From: Vermamoeba vermiformis
Lineage: Eukaryota
NCBI GenBank assembly: GCA_045837725.1
Contig: JBEWZL010000266.1
Span: 62,001-126,000 of the forward strand
Direction of reading: 5' to 3'
Length of the DNA stretch: 64,000 nt
Part shown: positions 49,682 through 61,059 of the stretch, piece after piece
Layout: every line of letters begins with the position of its first letter
Numbering within the stretch: the first letter of the stretch is position 1
The notes under the pieces: generated by a model
What the model saw: the letters and a program-made list of their open reading frames with translations, nothing else
What the model was told of the DNA's origin: nothing
Databases searched by the model: none
Position numbers and translations under genes: made by a program

Positions 49682-51495
49682 TTATTCTTTCTTTGTCTTT
49701 ACACTTTCTTTACGGCTGCGTAACAAGGATCTAACCGCTCCGACAAACAATATCAGAATCAAAATACTTGCCACAACCTTCAAGATAATCGCGTAAATGC
49801 CGAATACTGGTAATATGTAATATTTAGGCACGTTAACTTCGCATTGCTGAATTTTCAGTATTTGGTTCGGAAGATCCTCGCTAGGTTTGAACGACAAGTC
49901 TGACAATCTAATTTTCTCTTGCCAAACAATACTGCCATTAACCGCATCGTGTGCCTGAACGGTAACCGTTACGGGGGATGCATTCCAGTCAATATCAATA
50001 GAGCCGAAGTTTCTCTTAGCAAAGAACGGCTCCACCTAAATGACAGGTTAGATCAGGCTCCAAATCATCAAAGAAGCTTACGTGATACAAATGCTTGAAG
50101 AATTTGTTGATAAAGAAGTCGCAGTAGACGACGTTAGCATCGCACGAATGCGTTAGACCGCTGCTCGTGAACTCGTAGATCGGATAGCCCAGATCCGAGC
50201 AATTCAGACCAACTTTCATCTTCTCAGCGTAATGCACATCACCGCTCAAAAATATGACGCCCCTATGATCGAGATCAGATATCGTGCCATATTTAGAGTC
50301 GTGGACATGTAGTGACTTACGGGGTCTGTTTCTCTTTCAGCAATTTGAACAGTCTGTACCGACTCTGCGGATGATTGGCCCACTTTTCACTCAATGGTTT
50401 GTCTGCGGGCAGAACTTGAATGCCAGAACCAATCAAGTGGATCTAAACGGCTAGGTTAGTACAGGATATTATTAATGGTATGACTCTAATACCTGTGCAT
50501 CGCTGTCAGTCAATTCGTTCTCGAGCCACTTCCATTGATCTTCGCCCTACATTCATAAGTCTGTAAATTTCATCGAACGCGAATAAGAGGGACAAATAAT
50601 GACGTACGAGCAAATCACCGAGTCCGTGAGTGCCTTCTTTGTGATATCTGACGTCTAATAATAGTACTTTGACCTTCTGGCCTCTATATAACGCGTTGTT
50701 AATCGCGTACAATGATTTCTGGTCGATTCTAATGGACGTACTTAGGACCGAAAGAAAATGAGCCATAAATTCCTTCACGGTTCCAACGAGGGCTGAAAAA
50801 CTAACATTAAGCACGAAGTGGATACCAACAAGTGATAATAACTACTTGCCTGTCCTTAGGCTCGTCCAAAAAGTCTAGGAAAAGTTGTTGACTGCCTTGT
50901 TTGTTCGGGTACTCGCCCCCACCGTCATTTTTGCCATAATCGTGATCGTCCTAAATAAAGTATAGTGTCAATATGAGCAAGTAATAGTACGATAAAACTT
51001 TTCATGAATGTCAAACAGAAATCGTGACGATTCATTTTCCATACCCAAACTCCAATGATCTTAGTGTCAGATTGAAGAAGTTTTCGATATTCTGGACGTT
51101 CTTTTTGAGCATTTAACTTGAATTCAATGTCTTGGAGACTTGCGTAGGCCCGTAAAAATATTTTTAAGACATTATCAGCACTGAAAAATTAATTAATAAT
51201 TCAGAAACAATTAGTAAACGAGCAACATCATGATCTCTATATTGGAGATCATATAAAGGTGATAATAAAAATATGTAACGTACTAGACAGTGTCGCCAAG
51301 CCAAATAAACAAGTCTGGATTCAGATCTACAATATGTGCCCAAGCAGGCTGAGGTCTGTCGTGTTTATTACACGAGCCAAATACTATTCTTTGCAGTTTA
51401 TTATCACTTTGAAATTCTTTGGCGGCATCTACTTCCGATTGAGCATGGATGCAGGTTGCCGCAAGCAGCAGCAGCGCTATATACACTCCTCGCAT
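49682..51495 (-). CDS. PhoD-family alkaline phosphatase with C-terminal membrane anchor
   Basis: Signal peptide, [50 protein letters not shown], hydrophobic tail. Confidence 0.93.
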
Positions 51496-51565
51496 GGTCT
51501 TGCTTCGAGGGTTCTATTTTAATAAATTAAAATAACCCGAGCATTGTGACGTGGTGTGCTGATGT

Positions 51566-51590
51566 CGGGCCGAAATCACGTGATGGCCCG
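51566..51590. promoter_or_regulatory. Candidate E-box palindrome upstream of the PhoD gene
   Basis: CGGGCC-gaa-ATCACGTGAT-GGCCCG about 80 bp before the ATG; similar TCACGTG(A) cores at 3081, 26048 and 54360 upstream of other ATGs. Confidence 0.4.
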
Positions 51591-51687
51591 GTATTTTATG
51601 GAGCACCGATGACGCGTCGCAATCAACGTCAGTTTAAATATTAAGAGATCATCAACAATGATGGATTATGCACGTTTATTAGGGTGT

Positions 51688-53907
51688 CTATTCAACTTGC
51701 ACGACTTGAATCATATTCGTCTGTCGCGCAATAACACTACCAACTCCGTCCTCAGCGACTTCTAAATATGGAAAGTCAGTTCATGACTCGCGGATATAAA
51801 TAACCAAATTGTCAACGTACCGTGCTTGTGTTCCACGTCCAAGCTGATGTCACCAGCAATCGCTACGACGTGTTCGCCAGGCAGCACGAGCTCCAACTCC
51901 TTGGCCTTGATGACGGCTTGTTTGACCACATCGAGCATCGACACTTTGACCGTGCTCTTCTCGTCAATCACGTACGGCACGACACCGAAGCAAGAGAGAG
52001 ATGAATTAGCAACCTCTTGCTTGGTAGTCACTGCTAGAATAGGGCAATGAGGTCTGTATTTAGACACCAATCGCGCAGTGTCTCCGTTCTCGCTCAATGC
52101 AATCAACAATGTCGCGTCCAAATCCCACGCTGTCTTGACAGCACTCGAGGCCATTGACTCGGCGAACGAGATTTCAAAGTTGTAGTCTTGGATGGATTGG
52201 TGACGAATCACGTGATAGCTTTGCAAAAATTTAGTTAGTGGAACGGAGTGAGTACCTAGGTGAGACTTACATGTCACGATACTTGAGGATCTTTTCTACT
52301 TCAAAGCACTGCTTCAACACAATCTTCACACTTCTCACGGGCCACAATCCTTCAGCGGTCGTGTTCGTCAATGCAAAGCCGTCGACACCGTCAAACACGG
52401 CATTGGCAATGTCGGTTACTTCGGCTCTATAACGTCGTTAGTTACAAGCCCAATATAACCTCATTCGGTAACACTTACCTTGTGGGACGAGGGTTTGTAA
52501 TCATCGAGTTGATAATTTGATTTGTTACAATAACTGCATCACTGTGAGTACGAGTTATCTTGTCACACGAACATTTCCTTACCTGGCTTGCCAGCAAAGT
52601 TGCATTTTCTGATGGTGTTCTTTTGCACGTGTGCGATCTACGTTGAACGTGAGAAAGATGTACAAGATAAAGGTGAAACAATGTACATACGTCTTCGAGA
52701 GGCAAAACCATGGCAATACTAGAACGAGCAATGATCACTCCGTCGACTAATTTCAACATCTCATCGAACTGCTGTACACTCTCACTGCACGAATAAGTCG
52801 TTAACCACTATAATTACAACAGGACTGTTTAGTCCGTACCTGCGATCGACCTTGACGAACACATTGATCGAGGCGTTCTTGGCGTGCAATGCTTTCTTGA
52901 GCTGTGTAATGTCATCCGCGCACTGAGCAGTGGTGCAAATGAAGTCAAAGCCGTGAGTGATTGCAAACTCAATGTCTTTCTTGTCCTTCTCTGTGATCCA
53001 ATCGATGTTCAGCGGAACAGGCATGCCAGTCTTGCCCTCGACAAGATGCACAATCTTACGTGGCATCATCACACTGTCGTTGTCTACAATAGTCGTCACC
53101 ACTTCAGGGGTCACTTCGGTCACTGTGCAGCCCACGGCATTGTAGTTCAACACAATTTTGTCACCGACTTTCAAATGCTTGTGTAAATCGGCGAATTCAA
53201 TGTGCATATCCTTTTCATCGCCTTCAATAGGCTTGGCATGGAAACGAAGTGTTTGACCCTTCGACAAAGAAACCTACGGAGATCCAATTTGTTATTTCTG
53301 AATCTTTTTTTTTGCGGCTCTTGGCTCTTACCTTTTCTAGACCGTTTTTAAAATAGCCAAGACGAATTTCAGCGTTCTGCACGAATAAAGTGTCAGCAAA
53401 ATCCTCCATCTGCACTTCTGCATAAAAGGAAAAATTTTCCTAAATATCTGCTTACTCTTAAATCGCCAAGTATAGCAATATTCTTCTTCGTAAATTCGCG
53501 GGCCTTTTGAATGTTAGTTACAATCTCTTGGGCAAATTCGTGAGTTGCATGGCTAAAGTTGAGACGTGCGATCGACATTCCAGCTCGTGCTAGGTCACTA
53601 AATATAATATTAGCTCAAAAAATATTCATGCTAAATCTAAGCCAGTCTAATTTAAGCATACGCTGAGTCTGTCCATTCAATAAATAGTAAATCCAATTTG
53701 AAAATGTGTGTTATGCTTTACGGGCTAGTCTGAAAGTTGTAGACATTGATAAATATCGTACCTCAAAACTTCAACAGATCGCGAGGCAGGGCCAATAGTG
53801 CAAATAAGCTTCGATTTGACGCATCTGTGAATCCAATTTCTCTCTTTGATCTCAGCAGGGTCTGTGAAATCGAAAATACCCGTCGGTTCGGTTGATGTAT
53901 GCAACAT
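51688..53907 (-). CDS. Pyruvate kinase homolog with degenerate active site
   Basis: KLICTIGP, IARLNFSH, NPRPTRAEVTDIANAVFDG, TARLVSKYRP; but KVD, ARSSIA, VTNQ and LTNTT replace KIE, ARGDLG, ATQ and LSGET. Confidence 0.9.
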
Positions 53908-53962
53908 TGTGTGTGGAAGTAACAGGTAATTATTAAAAGATAAATTTGAAAATTTTCTGTTT
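53831..53962. repeat. 132-bp direct repeat, copy 1 (PK 5'UTR and first ~26 codons)
   Basis: Matches 55244-55375 with 2 mismatches. Confidence 0.95.
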
Positions 53963-54494
53963 GATTTTTTGTGCCTTACTCGCGTACATCAACATTTCGT
54001 GATAAACCCCGAAGAGCATAAGCACATAAGTACCCAACCAACATGTAATAGCACATGGATTTGTTTAAGGATATAAAGGCAAGATTCTAGTGAAACGCGA
54101 ATGGTTCTAGATAGATTTGCGAGATAACGATAGCAACTAAATTTTAAAATGATATAGAATGCCAAAAAACTATTACGTTAGCGGATTCATTTAATATTAA
54201 TTATTTAACATTATTATTAATAATTAATTGATTTAAATTGAAAATTTCTTTTTTCATCTAGACCGAAGCCAATTACTCTGCCAAAATGTCGATAATTAGC
54301 AATAATGACAGCTTCATAATGGTACTAACTCGTAGGCCGTAAGTAAAGACGCAAAATCATCACGTGCCAATTTCCTTTATAGCCAAATTTCTGCCCAAGA
54401 AAAACGCAGAAATTTTGTGCGGCAACGCATATCAAACAAGAACCGAAGTAGAAAGAAGCAATGCAACCTACTTAGATCCCTGAAAAAGAAGAAA

Positions 54495-55024
54495 ATGTCT
54501 GACGAAGAAAATAAATCAGGCGATACACAGTCATACCATTCAGATGAAGATAAGAACGCTGACAACTTGGCAGCCACGACACCTGCAGTCTCGGCACCGA
54601 TCGGCCGGTTTGTACCCTCTGCAGACGAGTCAGATAAAAAGCGTAAAGCCGACTCAATTCTCGATGGCAGCGAGGGTAATACTTTACAAATTATTCTCAA
54701 ATAACTTCTTAATTGTTCAGCAGACGAACGTCGAAAAAGACGCAAAATCGATCCGCAAGAGCTGAAAGAGGAGATAGCTCTCGCGGGAACTCGCTACCAG
54801 ATAGACTTGGTAACGCAACGGTCAGTACTATTTAATTTTAATTTATGTAGTACTTACTGGATCCATCCGGATTTAGGGTTGCCAACCTTGAAGAAGAACT
54901 GGAAAATCTAGAGGCTAAAAAGGCTGACATTACGCAGCAGATCGACTCGTATCGACTTCTACTCGGTGAACTCCAACAAGGGTTACAAGCGCGTCAACCG
55001 GTACCCTCGAATAATAACCAGTAG
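54495..55024 (+). CDS. Small coiled-coil protein with NLS-like basic motifs, 3 exons
   Basis: MSDEENKS...KKRKAD, RRKRRK, heptad-like VANLEEELENLEAKKADITQQIDSY; canonical introns; TAG at 55022-55024. Confidence 0.65.
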
Positions 55025-55243
55025 TCGTTGTATTTGTAGCTACCAATTTTGTAAACTACTTGTATGTTTTTGGTCGCTCGATATAAAACGAACTATTCGC
55101 CCAGTCCTAACGAATCTGGGCGTCACCCAATAGAACCACTGAATCACCCTGTGCTGCCTTAGTATCGCTTGCTTCGAGCATTGCCGAGTCTGTCTCGCCG
55201 TCATTGTTCTGTTTGGTTCTAGATCTGGTTCTTTTCCTCGGTG

Positions 55244-55375
55244 ATCCAATTTCTCTCTTTGATCTCAGCAGGGTCTGTGAAATCGAAAATACCCGTCGGT
55301 TCAGTTGACGTATGCAACATTGTGTGTGGAAGTAACAGGTAATTATTAAAAGATAAATTTGAAAATTTTCTGTTT
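55244..55375. repeat. 132-bp direct repeat, copy 2 (orphan copy of PK 5' end)
   Basis: Encodes MLHTSTEPTGIFDFTDPAEIKERNWI on the minus strand, then diverges and stops. Confidence 0.95.
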
Positions 55376-55464
55376 TTTGTTCGCAGCTTCAGTGGATTTC
55401 GAAAGTAACGCGACAATACTATTTCGCGATGAAAACATGATAACACAATCGAACATCTTGCAAT

Positions 55465-58400
55465 ATGGAAAAAGATAATCAGAGCGAAGATGAAGGACTT
55501 CCTCAAGAAGTAAGATCTCGTGTCAACCTTAGCGATCAAAGTCATGCACGAATTAACCCTACAATTATAGATCATAAATGGATACGAATGTCTATTGATT
55601 TGTGCATTGCTCCCAATCTGTAAGAGAATCGGTCCCGAATTCAATTATTTTTAAAAATAGAAAATATACCACCCTTCATTAGCTTCGTAATACACTTCAT
55701 TTTATGCCTTACTTCTCAAATAGCCACCGGTTATTTATTTGTATTTGTTTGGGTGCTTCTAGAATTTTATTTATGTTTCTTGAGAATCTTTTTTGACTTG
55801 TTAATAACACAACTAAATAAGGACTATTATGCACCATTATTCTAATTTTATCGTCTATTCTATAATTTGGCAATACTTATGTTCATCAGATCTAATTTAT
55901 TCATTCAGCTCGTCATCACGGTCACATGTGCCGTCTTGCCCGGAATGATTTCGAGCTATTACGCACTAAATTTAATATGCCACTCGAAGTACACGAAGAA
56001 TGTTACAAACAAGCATTAAAGCTTAGTCCGGTACACGAGATCCGATCGTATTCGTAAACAGTACTAATGACTCTTAAATAGCTTCTCCCTAGCCAATTTA
56101 AATACCTCGTTAAGCTTATCGACGAAAATAAGCCGTTATTAGCCCCCGGTGATTTCGAGGTACCAAATTTTGCTGTCAAAAGTGTCATTTTATGCTTATA
56201 CTTTATCTTAGGCCGAAACTAAATATGAATCATACAAAGAAGAAGAAAAGCAAGAGTTATTGGATATACTAAATAGGCTAAATAACAAAGACGAACTCAA
56301 AACTCAGATCTACATTCAGGCACTTGACGCTATGCATATTCCTCTGAAAGGTATTAATAGCTCTTGTATCCTTATGAACCGTACTAATTAGGTATTAGAG
56401 AAAGAAAAAAACGGCTTTGAAGTGGTTTGCAGCTTTAAAGTCGGCGAGCAACGAATCAAATCAAAACCCTTTCCAGTGGATGAACAAGGCAATGTCGAGC
56501 TAGAAGAGGACTTCGTATTGTAAGTCTAGCCACTATATTGTAAAGAAGCTTATTTCGTTGTTCAGTGACTTGCCAGCGAAGATAACACCGACAACGCAAA
56601 TTTCATTCAAGTTGCGCGAGAGCATGAAACAACGCTCAGTGTGTGAAGGTTCAGCACCTTTAGCGCAATACGTAGCTGAAAAACCATCGAAGCCGACAGG
56701 TATAATATACAATAATGTGCTAATATCCTCTAATCAATTGTTGTAGTCTTACAGGTACCGATGAAGAAGCGATCTGGCTTCTCTGAAAACAGTCTGTCAC
56801 GAAGCTTGAGTTCATCAATGGACGATGCCAATGGCAAAAGCTTGTCAAAATCAGCGAGCGTTGTGACAGGAGGTCTGTTGCGAACAATTGTGCACGTGAC
56901 ACGCCGTGAATTTGTTGACGTGGAAGTGTTCAACTTGAACTTGACCAATCCGCGCTTGACTGAACTAATTGAAATGGACCATTATCCACTCTCAATGGTG
57001 AGTAGCTCTATTTTTACCATTGGCTACTAATAATCTGTGCTTAGGTCTTTGTTCCAGTGCTCGCAACCTCTAATGACCCTGCCTTGGAGTGGCTCTTGAA
57101 CGAATACATTGAACGATTCCGCATATCCAAGACATACGTCAAGTTAATGTACGATCTATAAGCGCCTATATTAGTCTATTATTAACACTTCTGTTAGCCT
57201 GTGCGAGTACTTGCTTCGAAAACTCACGTACAAACTGCACGATGTGCAACACTTGCTTAAGGCCTTTGAAGACGTGACTATGGCTATACAAGAGAAGAGC
57301 CACAAAATCACCAAACGAGAGGTATGCGATATACTTGCGCCCTATATACCAACGCAGCTAACAATGCACAGAAAAATCAATTCTTGTCACTGTTGTCAAA
57401 TGCCTCCTCGATCTTAGACCACGCATTCAGCACGGTGTTAGAAACATTCAAGTTATCAGAGCCAGGCACATTCAAAACGGCTTTAAAGTTGTTCGAACTA
57501 GTGCAGTTCGGCAACAGCAAGATGACCTCGTTGTTGAAAGACACATTTAATGTGGGCATGGTGAACTACTACAATCAATGGAGCGAGCAGGTGTTTGACG
57601 CTTATCCCGACAACAACTTGAAAGCATTGCGCGTGCTGAGTGACAAGATGATTCAGACTTTAGTGGACATTGACGACTTTGACGACGAGATCGAAGAGTA
57701 AGTGCTGCAAGTAGTATAATATTATATATATTGACTAATGTGGCTATAGTTTGAAGCTTTCTTTGGCTAAAATTAGTGCCGAAGTATTCCGTGTGAGATT
57801 TGAACAAGATCTGCGGACTAAAATGGAAAGTCAACGCGCAGTCGAACAAGAAATGAAATCTATGCAAAGTAATCAACACGCTGAAGTATTTGACTTATTT
57901 GAAAGAGTGAAAGAACTAGATAGGCTCTGTACAATTAACTCCAAGTACGTACCTGGCCAATAACTATCGTGAAAGACTAACAATTTGATCACAGGAATAT
58001 ACCGCACATTCCTTTCGAAGAAATATTTGATCATTTTATTGGCCTTTTCGTTGAAGAACAGAAAGACAACCTGACAAAGTGGGCTATCAACATCTTGTCC
58101 TATGAGAAGGTACGGTGATTTTAATCGATGACTAGCATTTATTTAACCCGTATTGTTAGTGGGAAATGATCACCAAAGGCAAGATCAAGTACTCAAACAG
58201 TGTCGTGGATCTGTTCTCTTCATTCGCTCAAATCGCAGAGATGATTGTCGACATGAATGTCAGTCCTGTCAAGCACATGAATAACTTCTTGAACGTACGT
58301 ATATGAAGCAATATACAGTGATAATATTGACACGTTGACAGCTGGTTTGCGAGACTGTTGATCTCTTTGCCACGCAACTGATCCGCTTCATGTTCGAAGA

Positions 58401-60868
58401 GCTCGAAAATGAAGTCGATCTGAAGGCACACGAGCAACAGTGGATTGAACTGCAATCTATGGTCGATCAAACTGAACGGGACGTTGAACTGGCGAGCATT
58501 GACGTCACTGTCACGCAGAAGTTGAAGACGTACAAATTCATGCCCTGCATCACTGAACGAGTGCGTGTCAATTGACTTCAAAATACGTAATTAACTTCAC
58601 TAATCTACCCTTATTAGTTATGCGTGCAATTAAACGATCTCGAACAACTTCGGTTCTTACTGAAACAATTCGAAGATGAGTGGTCAACGAGCTTGAAAAT
58701 CAAGCCAAAAGAGAAATCTAACCGCAGCAGCGACAAAAATGCACGCGACAGATCGAAGAGCACCAGCAGCAACAAAGAGGTTGAAGAAGAGGCTGAGCTC
58801 GAGAACCATTACATGTGCTCAAAGATATTCAAAAAGCTGAAGCACGCCGTCGACTACATGCTTCAAAACGTCATGATTAGGGTACGAAATTTCGCGTTAT
58901 AATATCATATGCCTTATCTCATTTGGCCTTGCTATTTTAGGCTCACTACGACTTGATTTGGGCCGTCGAGTTCTTGGGCTTCAAAAACAACTTGGCCCTG
59001 TACAAGCCCAACACACCTTCACTGCAACAACTGCAGCAGATTGACTCGCGAAATTTCCGCACCAATGTCAATCACGTGATGAAGAACACGATGCAGCGCA
59101 TGTCCGTGTCAATCTCAAAATCAATCACCAAGTCAGGTGAACTGCTCAAAGTCCAGCTGCCTAACATTCCGACCAAATACACCGAGGTGTCACAGCAGAT
59201 CACTTATTGGCACGTGACTGACGAGACGCGCGCCATGTTCCTAACGCAGTATTTGAAACGTCAAATCAAAGCACTCAACAAGTGGTTCTTCCCCTCGAAT
59301 ATGATTCGCGGCTTGAAGATTCTCTTTGAATTTACTATTTTGGAAATAGAACGATTGCTGCTGCCACGCAACATTATGGAGAACAAAGTCGATCGTGTCA
59401 AACTGTACTACACGCTGCAGAAGACATTTAAGGCAAGTCACACCAGCATAATATGACACATTACTAACGCCTTTGTAGACCATCACCGAACAGTTCTTGG
59501 CCCCCGATTACATCAGCGTGTCAGCGTTCAATGGCCTGTCAAAGACGTACATCAACAAGCAATCAACACACCTTAAGAACGCCTTTGAATTGTTCGAGAC
59601 ACCAGTCGACTACTTGATTCATCTGTGCCGTGAAAAAGAAGTCCAAGCATTGCAGGCCGCGAACACCAACAACACGAACACGAGTGCTGAGACAGAGACC
59701 ACGAGCAATGACCCGAACAAGCCTCGAAGCAGCATTGACTCGACGACTGTGAAAGAATCGCTGGACTACTTGGACATTTTGAGCATTTTGACGGCGAAGA
59801 AACTGCTTGAACCCGAGGCCAGCAAAGAGTTTTTGACGCTCAAATCGTCACTTGTCCTCGCTGGTAATTTGATTCAAAAACTGAAATTACCGCACAACAC
59901 GAAGATTATCAAAGGTAATATAGAATACCTAAATTAACTCAAAGAATAATGCTAACAATATTGTAGGGTTCTATTGCTGCAACTCGAGTTATCTCCTCGG
60001 CGAATTGTTTGTGACCAATCAGCACTTGGCATTCAACCTTTTATCAACAAATATGGAAGAGCACATTATCATTGAACTGAATGACATTCAAGGCTTTGAG
60101 GCAGTAAGTCTTACAATAGCACGCTATATCTAATTCTAACAAATTATTAGTCCGGCAAACAAAAGACGTCGCTCAAAGTTAAGACGAAAGATGGAAAGGT
60201 AATCGCGCCATATCGACTTCATACGCAGGAATTAACACGTGTATAGACGTATACCTTGGTGGGCTTTTTAGACGAGAAGTACATCAACCTCGTGATTGAT
60301 GCCGTCAACAAGGCACGCGAGAATGCAGATGATTACAAAGAGCAGTACGTGAATAAACAACAAGAGTACAACAAAGTCAGCAAGAAGATGCGCAACAAGT
60401 TTGATCTGCCTGACACTGAAGAGGTCAAGAAAAGTAAGTTTTTTCGATTAGAGCCATTGACCTGTGTACTCACCATGCCGAACAGAACAAAAGTGCACCA
60501 TGGGTCTCTCACCAGGCACAATGTACATATTCGAGAACTACGTGTGCTTCAAGGCCACACTAGGCGGTGATAAGGTACGGCACTACTAATCGTTTGACAC
60601 CTATTCTGAGTCCTTTGTTAGCACGTGATTCCACTCACAGAGATCACTCAAGTCAAGCAGCAAGCGCTGTTAGGTCTGATCCCGAACTCAATTTCTATTT
60701 CGCTGAAGAACGGCGTTGAGGTAAGCCATATTTGGTACCCAAGGCAGGTCTGACTTCTATTAGCTGAACTTTAAATTCCCGCTGGCTGCCGAAGCAATTG
60801 CTACGATGATCAAAGAGCACCACCAGAAAGCCAAACTCAAGGAAAACTTGGCACAAAAGGAGTCGTAG
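55465..60868 (+). CDS. Munc13/MUN-domain-like protein with probable N-terminal C2-like and C-terminal GRAM-like domains
   Basis: Many exons; MHD1-like YSNSVVDLFSSFAQ and CITERLCVQLNDLEQLR; GRAM-like KFDLPDTEEV..PGTMYIFENYVCF..IPLTEITQVK. Confidence 0.7.
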
Positions 60869-61059
60869 ACGGCGAATCATTAGACTTGTAGGAACGACAT
60901 CCAGCCTGCCAAGGATCTAGTGCAAACTCCGCGGCAATTGACCCTGCTATTCTCATTCTACCTGCGGCACTAACTTATGTTGCAACCTGCCTCAAGGGTT
61001 ACGTGATAAAGCCATCTGTTCAACTCACATAATACATTTACACTATTCACAATTACACT

